Source of the DNA: Minisyncoccota bacterium
GTDB taxonomy: Bacteria > Patescibacteriota > Minisyncoccia > Minisyncoccales > Minisyncoccaceae
Assembly: GCA_028693895.1 (NCBI GenBank)
Contig: JAQUUL010000001.1
Location: forward strand, 1-60,427
Direction: 5' to 3'
DNA length: 60,427 bases
Shown piece after piece: positions 1-8,681 of this stretch; positions within the stretch are counted from its first letter, which is position 1; each line of letters starts with the position of its first letter. Position numbers and translations under genes: made by a program. The notes under the pieces were generated by a model. That model was not told where the DNA came from. It did not search any database and worked only from the letters and a program-made list of their open reading frames with translations.

Positions 1-11
1 ATAGATAAAAG

Positions 12-680
12 ATGAATTATATTCTTTCAAAAAATGAATTACTTAGAATTATAGGAATAATCTTTGGGCTATTTACGATTATTTTATTAATTGTTTTTTT
101 ATTTAAACCAGAGCCAATAATAGCTTCTTTAGTTGTAGATTTTGGTTTATTTTTTATTGTTTTGTTAACTCTTATCTTTTTTTTGAAAAAGAAAAAACTT
201 TCTTGGCAAGATTTTGGTTTTAATTGTGTTAAACCAAAATGGTTTTTTTATAGTTTTTTATTTATCTTTTTAGTTATTTTATTGGGGGGAGAGTTATCAA
301 ATTTATTATCAAAATTAATAGGAGGTGAGAGTGGGTCTTTATCTTCAAATGAAATAATAAGTGATAAAAACTGGATAAATATTTTAAACTTTAAAATAGT
401 AATAGCTTTATTAGTTCCTTTTGCAGAAGAGGTTTTGTTTAGAGGGTTTTTGTTTAAATATATTAGACAAGAAAAAAGCTTCCTGTTCTCAGCAATTTTA
501 AGTAGCCTATTGTTTTCTTTAATACATTTTGATTTATCTTCTTTGCCCTTTACTTTTTTATTAGGATTTACAGCTGCTTTTACTTATGAAAAAGGAGGGT
601 CATTATTTTATCCAATTTTAATTCATATGGGAGTGAATAATATAGCTTCTACAGCATTTCTTTTAAGTGCATTAAATTAA
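12..680 (+). CDS. CPBP family intramembrane metalloprotease (CAAX protease-like)
   Basis: Multi-pass hydrophobic protein with the family motifs EEVLFRGF and SLIHF...HMGVNN. Confidence 0.75.
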   Translation: MNYILSKNELLRIIGIIFGLFTIILLIVFLFKPEPIIASLVVDFGLFFIVLLTLIFFLKKKKLSWQDFGFNCVKPKWFFYSFLFIFLVILLGGELSNLLSKLIGGESGSLSSNEIISDKNWINILNFKIVIALLVPFAEEVLFRGFLFKYIRQEKSFLFSAILSSLLFSLIHFDLSSLPFTFLLGFTAAFTYEKGGSLFYPILIHMGVNNIASTAFLLSALN

Positions 681-771
681 TTTTATAAAAATTATAAGAA
701 AAATATAAGAGTTTACATTTTTATAATTTAAATGATATAACATAATTATTAGTAGTTAACTTTTAATAAAA

Positions 772-1827
772 ATGGAAAATAAAAAACTAAACGACTATAT
801 CAAAAAATGCTTAGAAATAGGAAAAACAGAAGAAGAAATTAAAAATAATCTTTTGGATGTTGGCTGGAAAAAAGAAGATGTTGAAGAGGCTTTGCTTAGC
901 GTAAAAGAAAGTGAAAGTATTTCAATTCCTGAAACTATAAACGAAGAATTTATATCTGAAGAAGTCGTTGATAACTTTAAGGAATCTTTGAAAGATGAAA
1001 TTAATTCTATTCAGGAAGATAATAAAATATTGGAAAATAAAGAAGATAATGATCCTACTGAAATAATTAAAGAAGAGCCAGTGCATCAAGAAAAAATAAA
1101 GAGTGAGTTTGTAGAAAAGCCAAAACAAATTAATATTAAAAAAATAATTATTACAATTGTTATCGCCATAATTATTTTCGCAATTATTGGAACGGTAGTT
1201 GCATTTATAAAAAAGATTGGTCCTTTTTCTCCTTTAGAAAAAGAATATGAACAATCATTAGAAAATGAAGATATTCCTATCCAACAAGAGGAAGAACCTG
1301 AGGTAATTATTGAATGGATTTGTGGAGATGAAATAATAGATGATAGAGATGGTAAAAGTTATTCAACTCTTAGACTTGGTTCACAATGTTGGACGATTGA
1401 TAACTTGAATTATTCTACAGAAAATTCTTTTTGCTATAACAATGATATAGAAAGTTGTGAAACATATGGAAGATTATATAATTGGAGTGATGCAATAACA
1501 GCATGTCCTTCAGGATGGGTTTTACCAACGGACTATGACTTTAAATTGGTTGAAAGATATTTAGAAATGGAGAAAGAGAAAGTTGATATTAATGGATGGA
1601 GAGAAATGCTTTCAAATGTTCAAGGGATATTAAATATTAAATTATCTGGAAGTAGAGATAAGTCTGGTGAATTTAAGTATTTAGGAGAATATACTAATTT
1701 ATGGACTGCCGATTCAATAGAAGATGATTTACATTTTGCAAGATCGTTTAGAATGGAAGACAGTAGTATTTATAGGGGCAGTGTTTCAGGTGATTATGGT
1801 TATTCTGTTAGATGTATAAAATTATAG
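772..1827 (+). CDS. Single-pass membrane protein with a Glu-rich N-terminal half and a C-terminal FISUMP (Fibrobacter succinogenes major paralogous) domain
   Basis: Central TM segment IIITIVIAIIIFAIIGTVVAFI. C-terminal signature DGKSY..LGSQCWT..NL..YGRLYNW..A...CPSGW.LPT...LWTA....VRCIK. Confidence 0.6.
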   Translation: MENKKLNDYIKKCLEIGKTEEEIKNNLLDVGWKKEDVEEALLSVKESESISIPETINEEFISEEVVDNFKESLKDEINSIQEDNKILENKEDNDPTEIIKEEPVHQEKIKSEFVEKPKQINIKKIIITIVIAIIIFAIIGTVVAFIKKIGPFSPLEKEYEQSLENEDIPIQQEEEPEVIIEWICGDEIIDDRDGKSYSTLRLGSQCWTIDNLNYSTENSFCYNNDIESCETYGRLYNWSDAITACPSGWVLPTDYDFKLVERYLEMEKEKVDINGWREMLSNVQGILNIKLSGSRDKSGEFKYLGEYTNLWTADSIEDDLHFARSFRMEDSSIYRGSVSGDYGYSVRCIKL

Positions 1828-1845
1828 TAATAAAAAAACTGTAGA

Positions 1846-2589
1846 TTAATTAAATAATGCTACAGCTGTTTTTGCTTGTTCGAAGTCTCCATTGTAAATA
1901 TGTAAAGAATTACATGAATCTATAACCCTTACAATCTTACAATTGTTTGGTATTGCGATATCCCTGTTAATCATATTAATGATTGCAACAAGATTTACGT
2001 GCCATGCTCCGTAGAGATCTCTTGATCTCCATTCTAGATGGACTTCAATACAATTTTTGTCAATGAGACTTATCCATACTCTTTGAAGGCAAGGTGGTTC
2101 TGCAGAAAAAGTATCAATCTCTGGAATCCATGTGATCATTTGATGCCTATTTGAAAAGATACCGCTTTTAATTTGTTGTCCCACATTGTTTTTTAGGGCT
2201 TCAACTTGATCAAAAAGACCTTTTAAAGTTGGATATCTCCTGAATCTGTCGTAGTATGTGTAAGTAAATTTTTGTTTATCTCCCAGTGGAAGACTCGCTT
2301 GTTTCTCAATATATTCTAAAGAATACTCATCAACATAATGTTGAATAAATTGAGGACCAAAAGGAAAAACCTTTTTGTACTTAGATAAATAACTAACTCC
2401 GTTAATTATTTGTTCAACAGCCTTTCCTTCAAGAATTACTCTTGAACATATTTCACCCCTTATTCTCTTTGGATTATCTTTGTCTCCAAAAATAACTTGG
2501 GATTCGTTCTTAATACAATAAGAAAGGAGCTTGATCCATGCTTCAATAAATCCTGCTTCTTTAACTAAAATTGCTTTTAATGTTCTCAT
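1846..2589 (-). CDS. Divergent thymidylate synthase (ThyA-fold) family protein
   Basis: The C-terminal half aligns by eye to the ThyA catalytic core: PPC (catalytic Cys), WRSRDLYGAWHVN (RSxD...N) and LHIY. The N-terminal half is unrecognisable. Confidence 0.55.
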   Translation of the reverse strand: MRTLKAILVKEAGFIEAWIKLLSYCIKNESQVIFGDKDNPKRIRGEICSRVILEGKAVEQIINGVSYLSKYKKVFPFGPQFIQHYVDEYSLEYIEKQASLPLGDKQKFTYTYYDRFRRYPTLKGLFDQVEALKNNVGQQIKSGIFSNRHQMITWIPEIDTFSAEPPCLQRVWISLIDKNCIEVHLEWRSRDLYGAWHVNLVAIINMINRDIAIPNNCKIVRVIDSCNSLHIYNGDFEQAKTAVALFN

Positions 2590-2650
2590 TTTGACCTCCG
2601 AAAATTCGGAACCACTATAGTTATAACAAAAAAAGGGGGTATAGTCAACT

Positions 2651-2659
2651 TGATATAAT
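2651..2659 (+). promoter_or_regulatory. Extended -10 promoter element (TGaTATAAT) for the HD-domain gene
   Basis: Exact TGnTATAAT about 27 nt upstream of the ATG at 2686, in the divergent intergenic region. Confidence 0.4.
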
Positions 2660-2685
2660 ATGTGATAGTGTGGTTTAATAACATC

Positions 2686-3348
2686 ATGATTACATTAGAG
2701 GAAATAAAAAATAATCAAAAAATTAAAGAATTTGTAAGACAAACTGAAAAATATTTAGATTCTTTAGGATTTACTGACCACGGACAAAGACATATTACTA
2801 TTGTTTCAGATAGAGCTAGAAAACTTGCTCGAAATCTTAATTTATCAAAAAAAGATGAAGAATTAGCTGCTATTGCTGGATATTGTCATGATATGGGTAA
2901 TTTTTTAGGAAGAGATAATCATCATTTTTGGTCTGCTTTATTATTTTCTCAAATATATATTGATCAAATACCAACTCAAGAATTAAGTGAGATTATGCAA
3001 GCAATAGCAAGTCATGATAAAGATAATCTTAATATTATTAATAACATTACAGCTTGTTTAATTTTAGCTGATAAATCCGATGTTCATAGAACTAGAGTAA
3101 AAGAAAGAGATATTAAAAAGATAAAAGATGATATTCATGATAGAGTAAATTATTCTGTTATTAAAAATGAATTAAAAATTAGTAAAAAGAATAAGCAAGT
3201 TACTCTTAAATTAGAAATTGATACTAAAATTACTAAGCCAATGGATTACTTTGAAATATTTTTAGAAAGAATGATTTATTGCCGAAAAGCTGCTGATTTT
3301 ATGGGGTATAATTTTGCTTTGATTATAAATAATTTTAAGCTTTCTTAA
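2686..3348 (+). CDS. HD domain phosphohydrolase
   Basis: HGQRH...GYCHDMGN...HD motifs. Start moved from the GTG at 2662 to the ATG at 2686 (MITLEEIK), which lies downstream of the -10 element. Confidence 0.65.
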   Translation: MITLEEIKNNQKIKEFVRQTEKYLDSLGFTDHGQRHITIVSDRARKLARNLNLSKKDEELAAIAGYCHDMGNFLGRDNHHFWSALLFSQIYIDQIPTQELSEIMQAIASHDKDNLNIINNITACLILADKSDVHRTRVKERDIKKIKDDIHDRVNYSVIKNELKISKKNKQVTLKLEIDTKITKPMDYFEIFLERMIYCRKAADFMGYNFALIINNFKLS

Positions 3349-3349
3349 A

Positions 3350-3676
3350 ATGAACAAAAAATTAATTATCTTTTTAATATTATTAGGATTATTAGCTATA
3401 TTCTTATTTGTTAATTCTAATCAAGAAAATCTTTTAATAGGAAAATGGAAATCTTTAGATGATTCCAATTATTCAATTGAAATAACTAAAGATAAAATAA
3501 TAGATTATTATAGCGGAGAAATTGTTTCAGAAGATTATTATACTATAAATAAAAACATTATTAGGGTTGCTTTTAATGAAGAATTTTTAGAATACGAGAT
3601 ATTAGAATTATCAAAAGAAAAATTATCTTTAATCTATTTATTAACAGGAAAGACTCTTAATTATACTAAAAACTAA
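3350..3676 (+). CDS. Small secreted or membrane-anchored hypothetical protein
   Basis: N-terminal signal/anchor KKLIIFLILLGLLAIFLFV. No recognisable domain. Confidence 0.5.
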   Translation: MNKKLIIFLILLGLLAIFLFVNSNQENLLIGKWKSLDDSNYSIEITKDKIIDYYSGEIVSEDYYTINKNIIRVAFNEEFLEYEILELSKEKLSLIYLLTGKTLNYTKN

Positions 3677-3740
3677 TTTAGGACTATTATTTATTGTTTT
3701 TATAGTATATACTGTGCAAACAGATTATAAATAAAAAAAT

Positions 3741-4385
3741 ATGAGAAAATTTGATAAAATATTTGACAGGGGAAAAAGAAATAAAGACGACTTCAAGAGA
3801 AATGATTTTGGAAATAGGGGTCGTGATAATAGAGAAAGGCCACAAATGTATGATGCAGTTTGTGATGCTTGTGGTAAGAGATGTAAAGTTCCTTTTAAGC
3901 CAAGCAATGATAAGCCAATATATTGTAGTGAGTGCTTTTCAGAAAGAGATGGAAGAGACAGATCTTCTAATAGGCCAGAAAGAAGAGATAGAGACTTCAG
4001 AGATAAAAAAATGTATGATGCAATTTGTGATAAGTGCGGGAAAAGATTTCAATTACCTTTTAAGCCAACAGGCGAAAGAGATGTTTATTGCGATGATTGC
4101 TATAAGGGTGATGGCAATGCTTCTCCTAAAAAAGAGGTTAATCAATTCAAGGAACAATTTGATGCAATTAATAATAAATTAGAAAAAATTATTAGCTTAT
4201 TAAATGTTCCTGTTATAAAAGAAGAACCTAAGAAAGAAGTTAAACCAAAAAAAGAGGTAAAGCCTAAGAAAGAAGCTAAACCTAAAAAAGAGGTAAAGCC
4301 TAAGAAAGAAGCTAAACCTAAAAAAGAGGTAAAGCCTAAGAAAGAAGCTAAACCTAAAAAAAAGGAAGTTAAAAAGAAAAAATAG
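3741..4385 (+). CDS. CxxC-x17-CxxC domain protein (two zinc ribbons) with an Arg/Asp-rich linker and a Lys-rich repeat tail
   Basis: YDAVCDACGKRCKVPFKPSNDKPIYCSECF and YDAICDKCGKRFQLPFKPTGERDVYCDDCY, followed by 7 x KKE[VA]KP. Confidence 0.7.
   Translation: MRKFDKIFDRGKRNKDDFKRNDFGNRGRDNRERPQMYDAVCDACGKRCKVPFKPSNDKPIYCSECFSERDGRDRSSNRPERRDRDFRDKKMYDAICDKCGKRFQLPFKPTGERDVYCDDCYKGDGNASPKKEVNQFKEQFDAINNKLEKIISLLNVPVIKEEPKKEVKPKKEVKPKKEAKPKKEVKPKKEAKPKKEVKPKKEAKPKKKEVKKKK
4227..4365 (+). repeat. Tandem 36-nt (2 x 18-nt) coding repeat encoding KKE[VA]KP units
   Basis: cctaagaaagaagctaaacctaaaaaagaggtaaag occurs about 3.8 times. Units at 4263-4298 and 4299-4334 are identical. Confidence 0.85.
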
Positions 4386-4391
4386 TAAATT

Positions 4392-4415
4392 AAAGACCGA
4401 TTACAATCGGTCTTT
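4392..4415. terminator. Bidirectional hairpin terminator between convergent genes
   Basis: aaagaccgat / taca / atcggtcttt: a 10-bp perfect stem flanked by A and T runs. It overlaps the stop of the minus-strand ABC-F gene. Confidence 0.6.
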
Positions 4416-5862
4416 ATTCTTTATCTAATTCTAATATCTTATCAATTCTAATTTTATCTACAAAATCTTTTACATGGCTTACTAATATCATTGGTCCTTC
4501 ATATTTATCAAGAGCAGAAGCGATGATAGGTAAGTGTCTAAAATTAATGTGATTTGTTGGTTCATCTAGTATTAATAATCCTGGTTTCTGTAAAACTAAG
4601 TTAGCAAGAGCAACTAATCCTTTTTGTCCTTCTGATAAATCACCAATTTTAGATTTAATAATTTCATCGTTAATTAAAAATCCAGCGGCTGTTGAGCGTA
4701 AATCTTTTTGAGAAAAATCACCAATAGAATCTATTAATGACTGCATAACAGTATTTTCAAAATTAAGATTAGAAAAATCTTGACGATAGTAACCAATCTT
4801 AGTTCCGGAGGCAATTGTAATATCTTTGTTACTTTTATTTACTATTGACTCAAGAAGAGTAGTTTTACCTATTCCGTTTGGTCCGCTTAAAAGTAAGTGT
4901 TCATTTTTTCTTAACGATATGTTTGCTTTCTTAATAATATTTTTGTCTTTTTTGATAATAGTAAAAGATGATATATGAATTATTTCTCCAGATATGTTTT
5001 CTTGAAGAGGAATAATAAATGGTCTAATTGTTTTATCCTCTCTTCTAATAACAACTTTTTGTTCTTCTAATTCTTCTGCAAGTTGTCTCATTTTTTTAGC
5101 AACCATTCTTAAATTACCACCTTTGTCCTTAAAGAAATTAGATTTTTCTTTCTTTTCGATTATCTTTTTATCAAGCTGAGCATTTTTCATATTCTCTTTT
5201 TTAATCTTTGCAGAAATTTCTCTAACAACATCATGATAATTTCCAGTATATTTTTCTACCTTATGATTAAATGAATCGAGATAAAGAACACCATTAGTAA
5301 AAGAGTTAAGAAAATCAGCATCATGGGATATAACAATACATGTTTTATTATATTTTATAAGAAAATCAGTTAAATGTTCAATTCCTATTTTATCAAGATT
5401 ATTAGTTGGCTCGTCTAATAATAATAAATCAGGGTCTTGTATTAAAGCAGCAGCTAAAAGTATTCTAGCTTGTTGTCCTCCTGAGAAAGAATTAATTTTT
5501 TTATCATAAGAAGCTTCTAAATTTACAATCTTCAAAACATTATCTATTTTAGGATCAATGTCATATATTTTTTCTTTGAAACAGTTTTGAAAAAAATCTC
5601 TCAATGTTAATTCCATATCTTTTTTAGGAATAACTTGAAAAGCAGTTGCAATAGAAATATCTTTTTTTATATGTATTTCTCCTGAATTTGGTTTTAGTGT
5701 TTTTGAAATTAAATTAAAGATAGTTGTTTTTCCAGCTCCATTCTGTCCCATTAAAGCCATTTTTATATCTTTTCTTATACTAAAATCAACCTCATTTAAA
5801 ATGCGTCTCTTTTCGTATTCAAACGATACTTTATCAAATCTTACAATTACTTCGTTGTCCAT
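4414..5862 (-). CDS. ABC-F family ATPase (two ABC cassettes, no TM domain)
   Basis: Two sets of motifs: Walker A (GQNGAGKTT, GPNGIGKTT), signature (FSGGQQ, LSEGQK) and Walker B (LLLLDEP, LLILDEP). Confidence 0.8.
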   Translation of the reverse strand: MDNEVIVRFDKVSFEYEKRRILNEVDFSIRKDIKMALMGQNGAGKTTIFNLISKTLKPNSGEIHIKKDISIATAFQVIPKKDMELTLRDFFQNCFKEKIYDIDPKIDNVLKIVNLEASYDKKINSFSGGQQARILLAAALIQDPDLLLLDEPTNNLDKIGIEHLTDFLIKYNKTCIVISHDADFLNSFTNGVLYLDSFNHKVEKYTGNYHDVVREISAKIKKENMKNAQLDKKIIEKKEKSNFFKDKGGNLRMVAKKMRQLAEELEEQKVVIRREDKTIRPFIIPLQENISGEIIHISSFTIIKKDKNIIKKANISLRKNEHLLLSGPNGIGKTTLLESIVNKSNKDITIASGTKIGYYRQDFSNLNFENTVMQSLIDSIGDFSQKDLRSTAAGFLINDEIIKSKIGDLSEGQKGLVALANLVLQKPGLLILDEPTNHINFRHLPIIASALDKYEGPMILVSHVKDFVDKIRIDKILELDKE

Positions 5863-5907
5863 AAATAAAAGATGCTTTTGGCATCAATATTTATTTATTA
5901 GCATAGA

Positions 5908-7074
5908 TTAAGATTTATATCTATAGTGACCAGTAATTTCAAAGTTAAAAAGCATATTTTCTAACTTTGGACCAGCACCAATATTATGGACGATTAAAGG
6001 TGTTTTGTTTTGGTAATGATTTGTTACTAAACCAATATGGGTAATTCCTCTCCCTAAATCCCATGTAACAATATCTCCAGGAAGATAGTCATTCGGATCA
6101 TTAGAAATTTCTAATTCCTCTCCAAAACGACTAAAAAACACTTGAAGATTAGGAACTCTTCGGTGATCAATGTTTGTATCCGTGGCATTCAATCCCCATT
6201 TTGATGGGTAAAGATTAAAGTTATTTAACATATCTTCATGAACTTCTTTTTGTAAGTCAATTCCAACTGTACGATATGCTCTAATTATTACATCTGTACA
6301 GACTCCTTTATTAGAAGAGATATCTCCATTAGGATAGTCAATTTGGAAATACGATGGATCGTAAATGATATCTTCTGTTGTTTGTTTAATGGCAGATTCT
6401 AATAAGGTAGATATGAAATTATCATCAATTTTTTTAATATCCCAACTATCTTGACTGTCTCCTGAGATTGGTATTTTTTCTCCAAGAAACTTAGGGCTAG
6501 AATCAAAATTAATATCAAGCCATGCTTTTATTCTAGCAAATAATTCACGAAATTCATTTTTGTCAGAATATATTCTTTTGTCGGCAGGGAAACCGTAGGC
6601 GTCTATGTTTAACTTTCGAGCAATATATATAGCTCGAGGTAAATGAAACTTTTGAGTAGATATTATGGCAGAATTTACTTCAAAAATATATTGTGCTCTA
6701 TACATTGAATCATAAGTGTCAAAACCAGCATGGTCAATAAATATATCTTCACTTGGTATATTTTTATTAAGAAGATATTTTTTAATAGCATTTACTTCGT
6801 CGTAGTATTTTTTTCCGTGGTCCCCACTTATTAATATTTTATCTACTTTATTATTTTCGTATAAATCAATGGCGCTTTCGGTACGATCAAGAAGAATATT
6901 GCTTAATTTGTCTCCTATAACTTGAGCACCAAGAATAATAACAACATCTGCGCTTGGAATATTTTCAATATTGTTAATGATATATTGATTGCTAAAGTTT
7001 ATTATATATATGTTAATAAATATAAAGATTATTATTAGTAATAGAATAATAGAAATTATTGTGTGTTTTTTCAT
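5908..7074 (-). CDS. Fusion protein: SanA/DUF218 (YdcF-like) domain plus C-terminal DUF1287 domain
   Basis: N-terminal TM, then VVIILGAQV...ILISGDHG...TQKFHLPRAIYIA (SanA-like). The C-terminal half has GVCTDVIIRAYR...GIDLQ...HRRVPNL...GDIVTW...THIG (DUF1287-like). Confidence 0.65.
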   Translation of the reverse strand: MKKHTIISIILLLIIIFIFINIYIINFSNQYIINNIENIPSADVVIILGAQVIGDKLSNILLDRTESAIDLYENNKVDKILISGDHGKKYYDEVNAIKKYLLNKNIPSEDIFIDHAGFDTYDSMYRAQYIFEVNSAIISTQKFHLPRAIYIARKLNIDAYGFPADKRIYSDKNEFRELFARIKAWLDINFDSSPKFLGEKIPISGDSQDSWDIKKIDDNFISTLLESAIKQTTEDIIYDPSYFQIDYPNGDISSNKGVCTDVIIRAYRTVGIDLQKEVHEDMLNNFNLYPSKWGLNATDTNIDHRRVPNLQVFFSRFGEELEISNDPNDYLPGDIVTWDLGRGITHIGLVTNHYQNKTPLIVHNIGAGPKLENMLFNFEITGHYRYKS

Positions 7075-7150
7075 AAAAACATTATATCATATTTTACAAA
7101 ATATTTGTTTTAATGTATTCTTATAATATAACAATAAATAATATAAATAT

Positions 7151-7354
7151 ATGGAATTTAATAACGAAGAATTACCAAAAATAGAGGGATTAGAAGAATC
7201 TTTAACTCCTGAAGTAGCTGAAGGGCTTTTTTCAAAAATGAAAAACAAAGAAAGACTACCAATAGATATTAAAAAGATTAGGGAAACAGATGATAAATTA
7301 AAGTCAAAACTTAAAGATAAGATTTTTGAGGAATTTAACAATGAAGAAAATTAA
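7151..7354 (+). CDS. Small acidic hypothetical protein
   Basis: 67-aa ORF co-oriented with the downstream gene. The competing antisense ORF is low-complexity Ser/Leu/Ile. Confidence 0.3.
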   Translation: MEFNNEELPKIEGLEESLTPEVAEGLFSKMKNKERLPIDIKKIRETDDKLKSKLKDKIFEEFNNEEN

Positions 7355-7829
7355 TAAAAAACATATTTTGTATCTAATTTTCATTATTCTTCTTGCTATT
7401 TTTTGTTTCTTAATTTTCCCAAAAGAAACAGATAAAGATGAACAATTGAATTTCAAAATACCTAATATCTTTACTCAGTATATGTCTGCTCAGGATTGGG
7501 AAATCAAAACAAATAATCAAGAAATTAACATTAAAAATGGAGAGATAGAATGTAATGAAACTCCGTTAACAAGTAGTTTAGGAACTGCTGTTTATAAGAA
7601 AATACTTAATAATAAGACTTATTGTGTTAGTATGTCTAGTGAGGGAGCAGCTGGTTCGGTTTACAAAAAATATGATTATCATACACTAAAAGATAATAAT
7701 GTTATCTCTATAAGCGTTACTATTAGGGCAACACAATGTTATAATTATGATGAACCTCAAGCGACAGAATGTGTCACAGAGAGAGAATCATTTAATATAG
7801 ATAATTTTATTTCTAATATTATTCAATAA
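7341..7829 (+). CDS. Membrane-anchored hypothetical protein
   Basis: ATG at 7341 (MKKINKKHILYLIFIILLAIF...) gives a signal/anchor. No recognised domain. Confidence 0.5.
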   Translation: MKKINKKHILYLIFIILLAIFCFLIFPKETDKDEQLNFKIPNIFTQYMSAQDWEIKTNNQEINIKNGEIECNETPLTSSLGTAVYKKILNNKTYCVSMSSEGAAGSVYKKYDYHTLKDNNVISISVTIRATQCYNYDEPQATECVTERESFNIDNFISNIIQ

Positions 7830-7897
7830 TTATTGCTTTTTATTGATTTTAATGATATAAGTCAATGGCTGTTCTTTGAAAGCGGCAGGAGATTATC

Positions 7898-8641
7898 ATG
7901 AAAAAGCTATTATTGTCTACGATTATTTTATCGTTGATTTTCCTTGTTATTTGTAGTTATGCTATTGTAATGCAGGAAAAGCCAGTTATTATGTCTGGTC
8001 ATTATGATTGGAAACCAGTAATGTGGCAGGACGGAACTGAGATTATTGGAGTTGGACCTGATGTCTGTCAAACAATTTTCACAGAAATAGGAATTAAATC
8101 TAATTCTGTATATATTGGCTCTTGGGAGAAAGTTCAACACAATGCTAAAATAGGCAAAGTAGATGTTATCGTTGCTTTGTACAAAACGGAAGAAAGAGAA
8201 GAATATCTTTACTTTTCAGATCCTTACGTAGTGGATCCAATTTCTGTCTTCATAAAGGAAAGTAGTGATTTTTATCCTAAAACAAAAGAGGACCTTTTAG
8301 ATAAAAAAGGAATTATTACTGTTGGTGACAGTTATGGGCAAGAAATTGACGATATGATTGCAAGCAAAATACTTGATATCATTGAAGTTAATACCCCTCA
8401 AGAAGCCTCTTCTTTATTAATTGAAAATAAAGCAGATTATTTCTTGTACAGTACTTATGCTGGGAAAAATCATTCCTTTGAAGGGATAAAAGATGCTGGT
8501 ATTATTGCAAATCAGTATTTCTATATCGGCATTTCTAAAAACTCTCCAGTTGCAGAAAAACTTCCTGAGATTAATAGAATCTTAGAAGAGTATAAGCAAA
8601 ATGGAATCATAGAAGTGATTTCATCGAGGTATCAACAATGA
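7898..8641 (+). CDS. Solute-binding protein family 3 (amino-acid ABC-type substrate-binding domain)
   Basis: N-terminal anchor, then W.P....G...G...D, KVDVIVALYKTEEREEYLYFSDPY: typical SBP_bac_3 spacing. Confidence 0.65.
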   Translation: MKKLLLSTIILSLIFLVICSYAIVMQEKPVIMSGHYDWKPVMWQDGTEIIGVGPDVCQTIFTEIGIKSNSVYIGSWEKVQHNAKIGKVDVIVALYKTEEREEYLYFSDPYVVDPISVFIKESSDFYPKTKEDLLDKKGIITVGDSYGQEIDDMIASKILDIIEVNTPQEASSLLIENKADYFLYSTYAGKNHSFEGIKDAGIIANQYFYIGISKNSPVAEKLPEINRILEEYKQNGIIEVISSRYQQ

Positions 8642-8653
8642 TACCTTTTTTTT
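8627..8653 (+). terminator. Rho-independent terminator
   Basis: aggtatc / aacaat / gatacct 7-bp stem overlapping the TGA stop, followed by a T8 run. Confidence 0.6.
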
Positions 8654-8681
8654 ATTAAATTTTATGTTATTATAATAGAGT

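Noticed and set aside
3751-4182. 143-aa alternative-frame ORF overlapping the CxxC-x17-CxxC gene on the same strand
   Set aside because: The translation has no recognisable motif. The other frame encodes two precise zinc ribbons and a regular repeat, so this ORF is a by-product of purine-rich, stop-poor sequence.
4227-4365. Regular short direct repeats that could be mistaken for a CRISPR array. The same applies to 42578-42649, 13189-13266 and 58368-58447.
   Set aside because: The repeats are contiguous with no unique spacers, are multiples of 3 nt, and lie in frame within ORFs encoding Lys- or Glu/Pro-rich peptide repeats.
5871-5885. Short hairpin gatgc/ttttg/gcatc between the two minus-strand genes, as a possible terminator
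   Set aside because: The stem is only 5 bp, and on the minus strand its T-run abuts the start codon of the downstream ABC-F gene. This is too weak to call.
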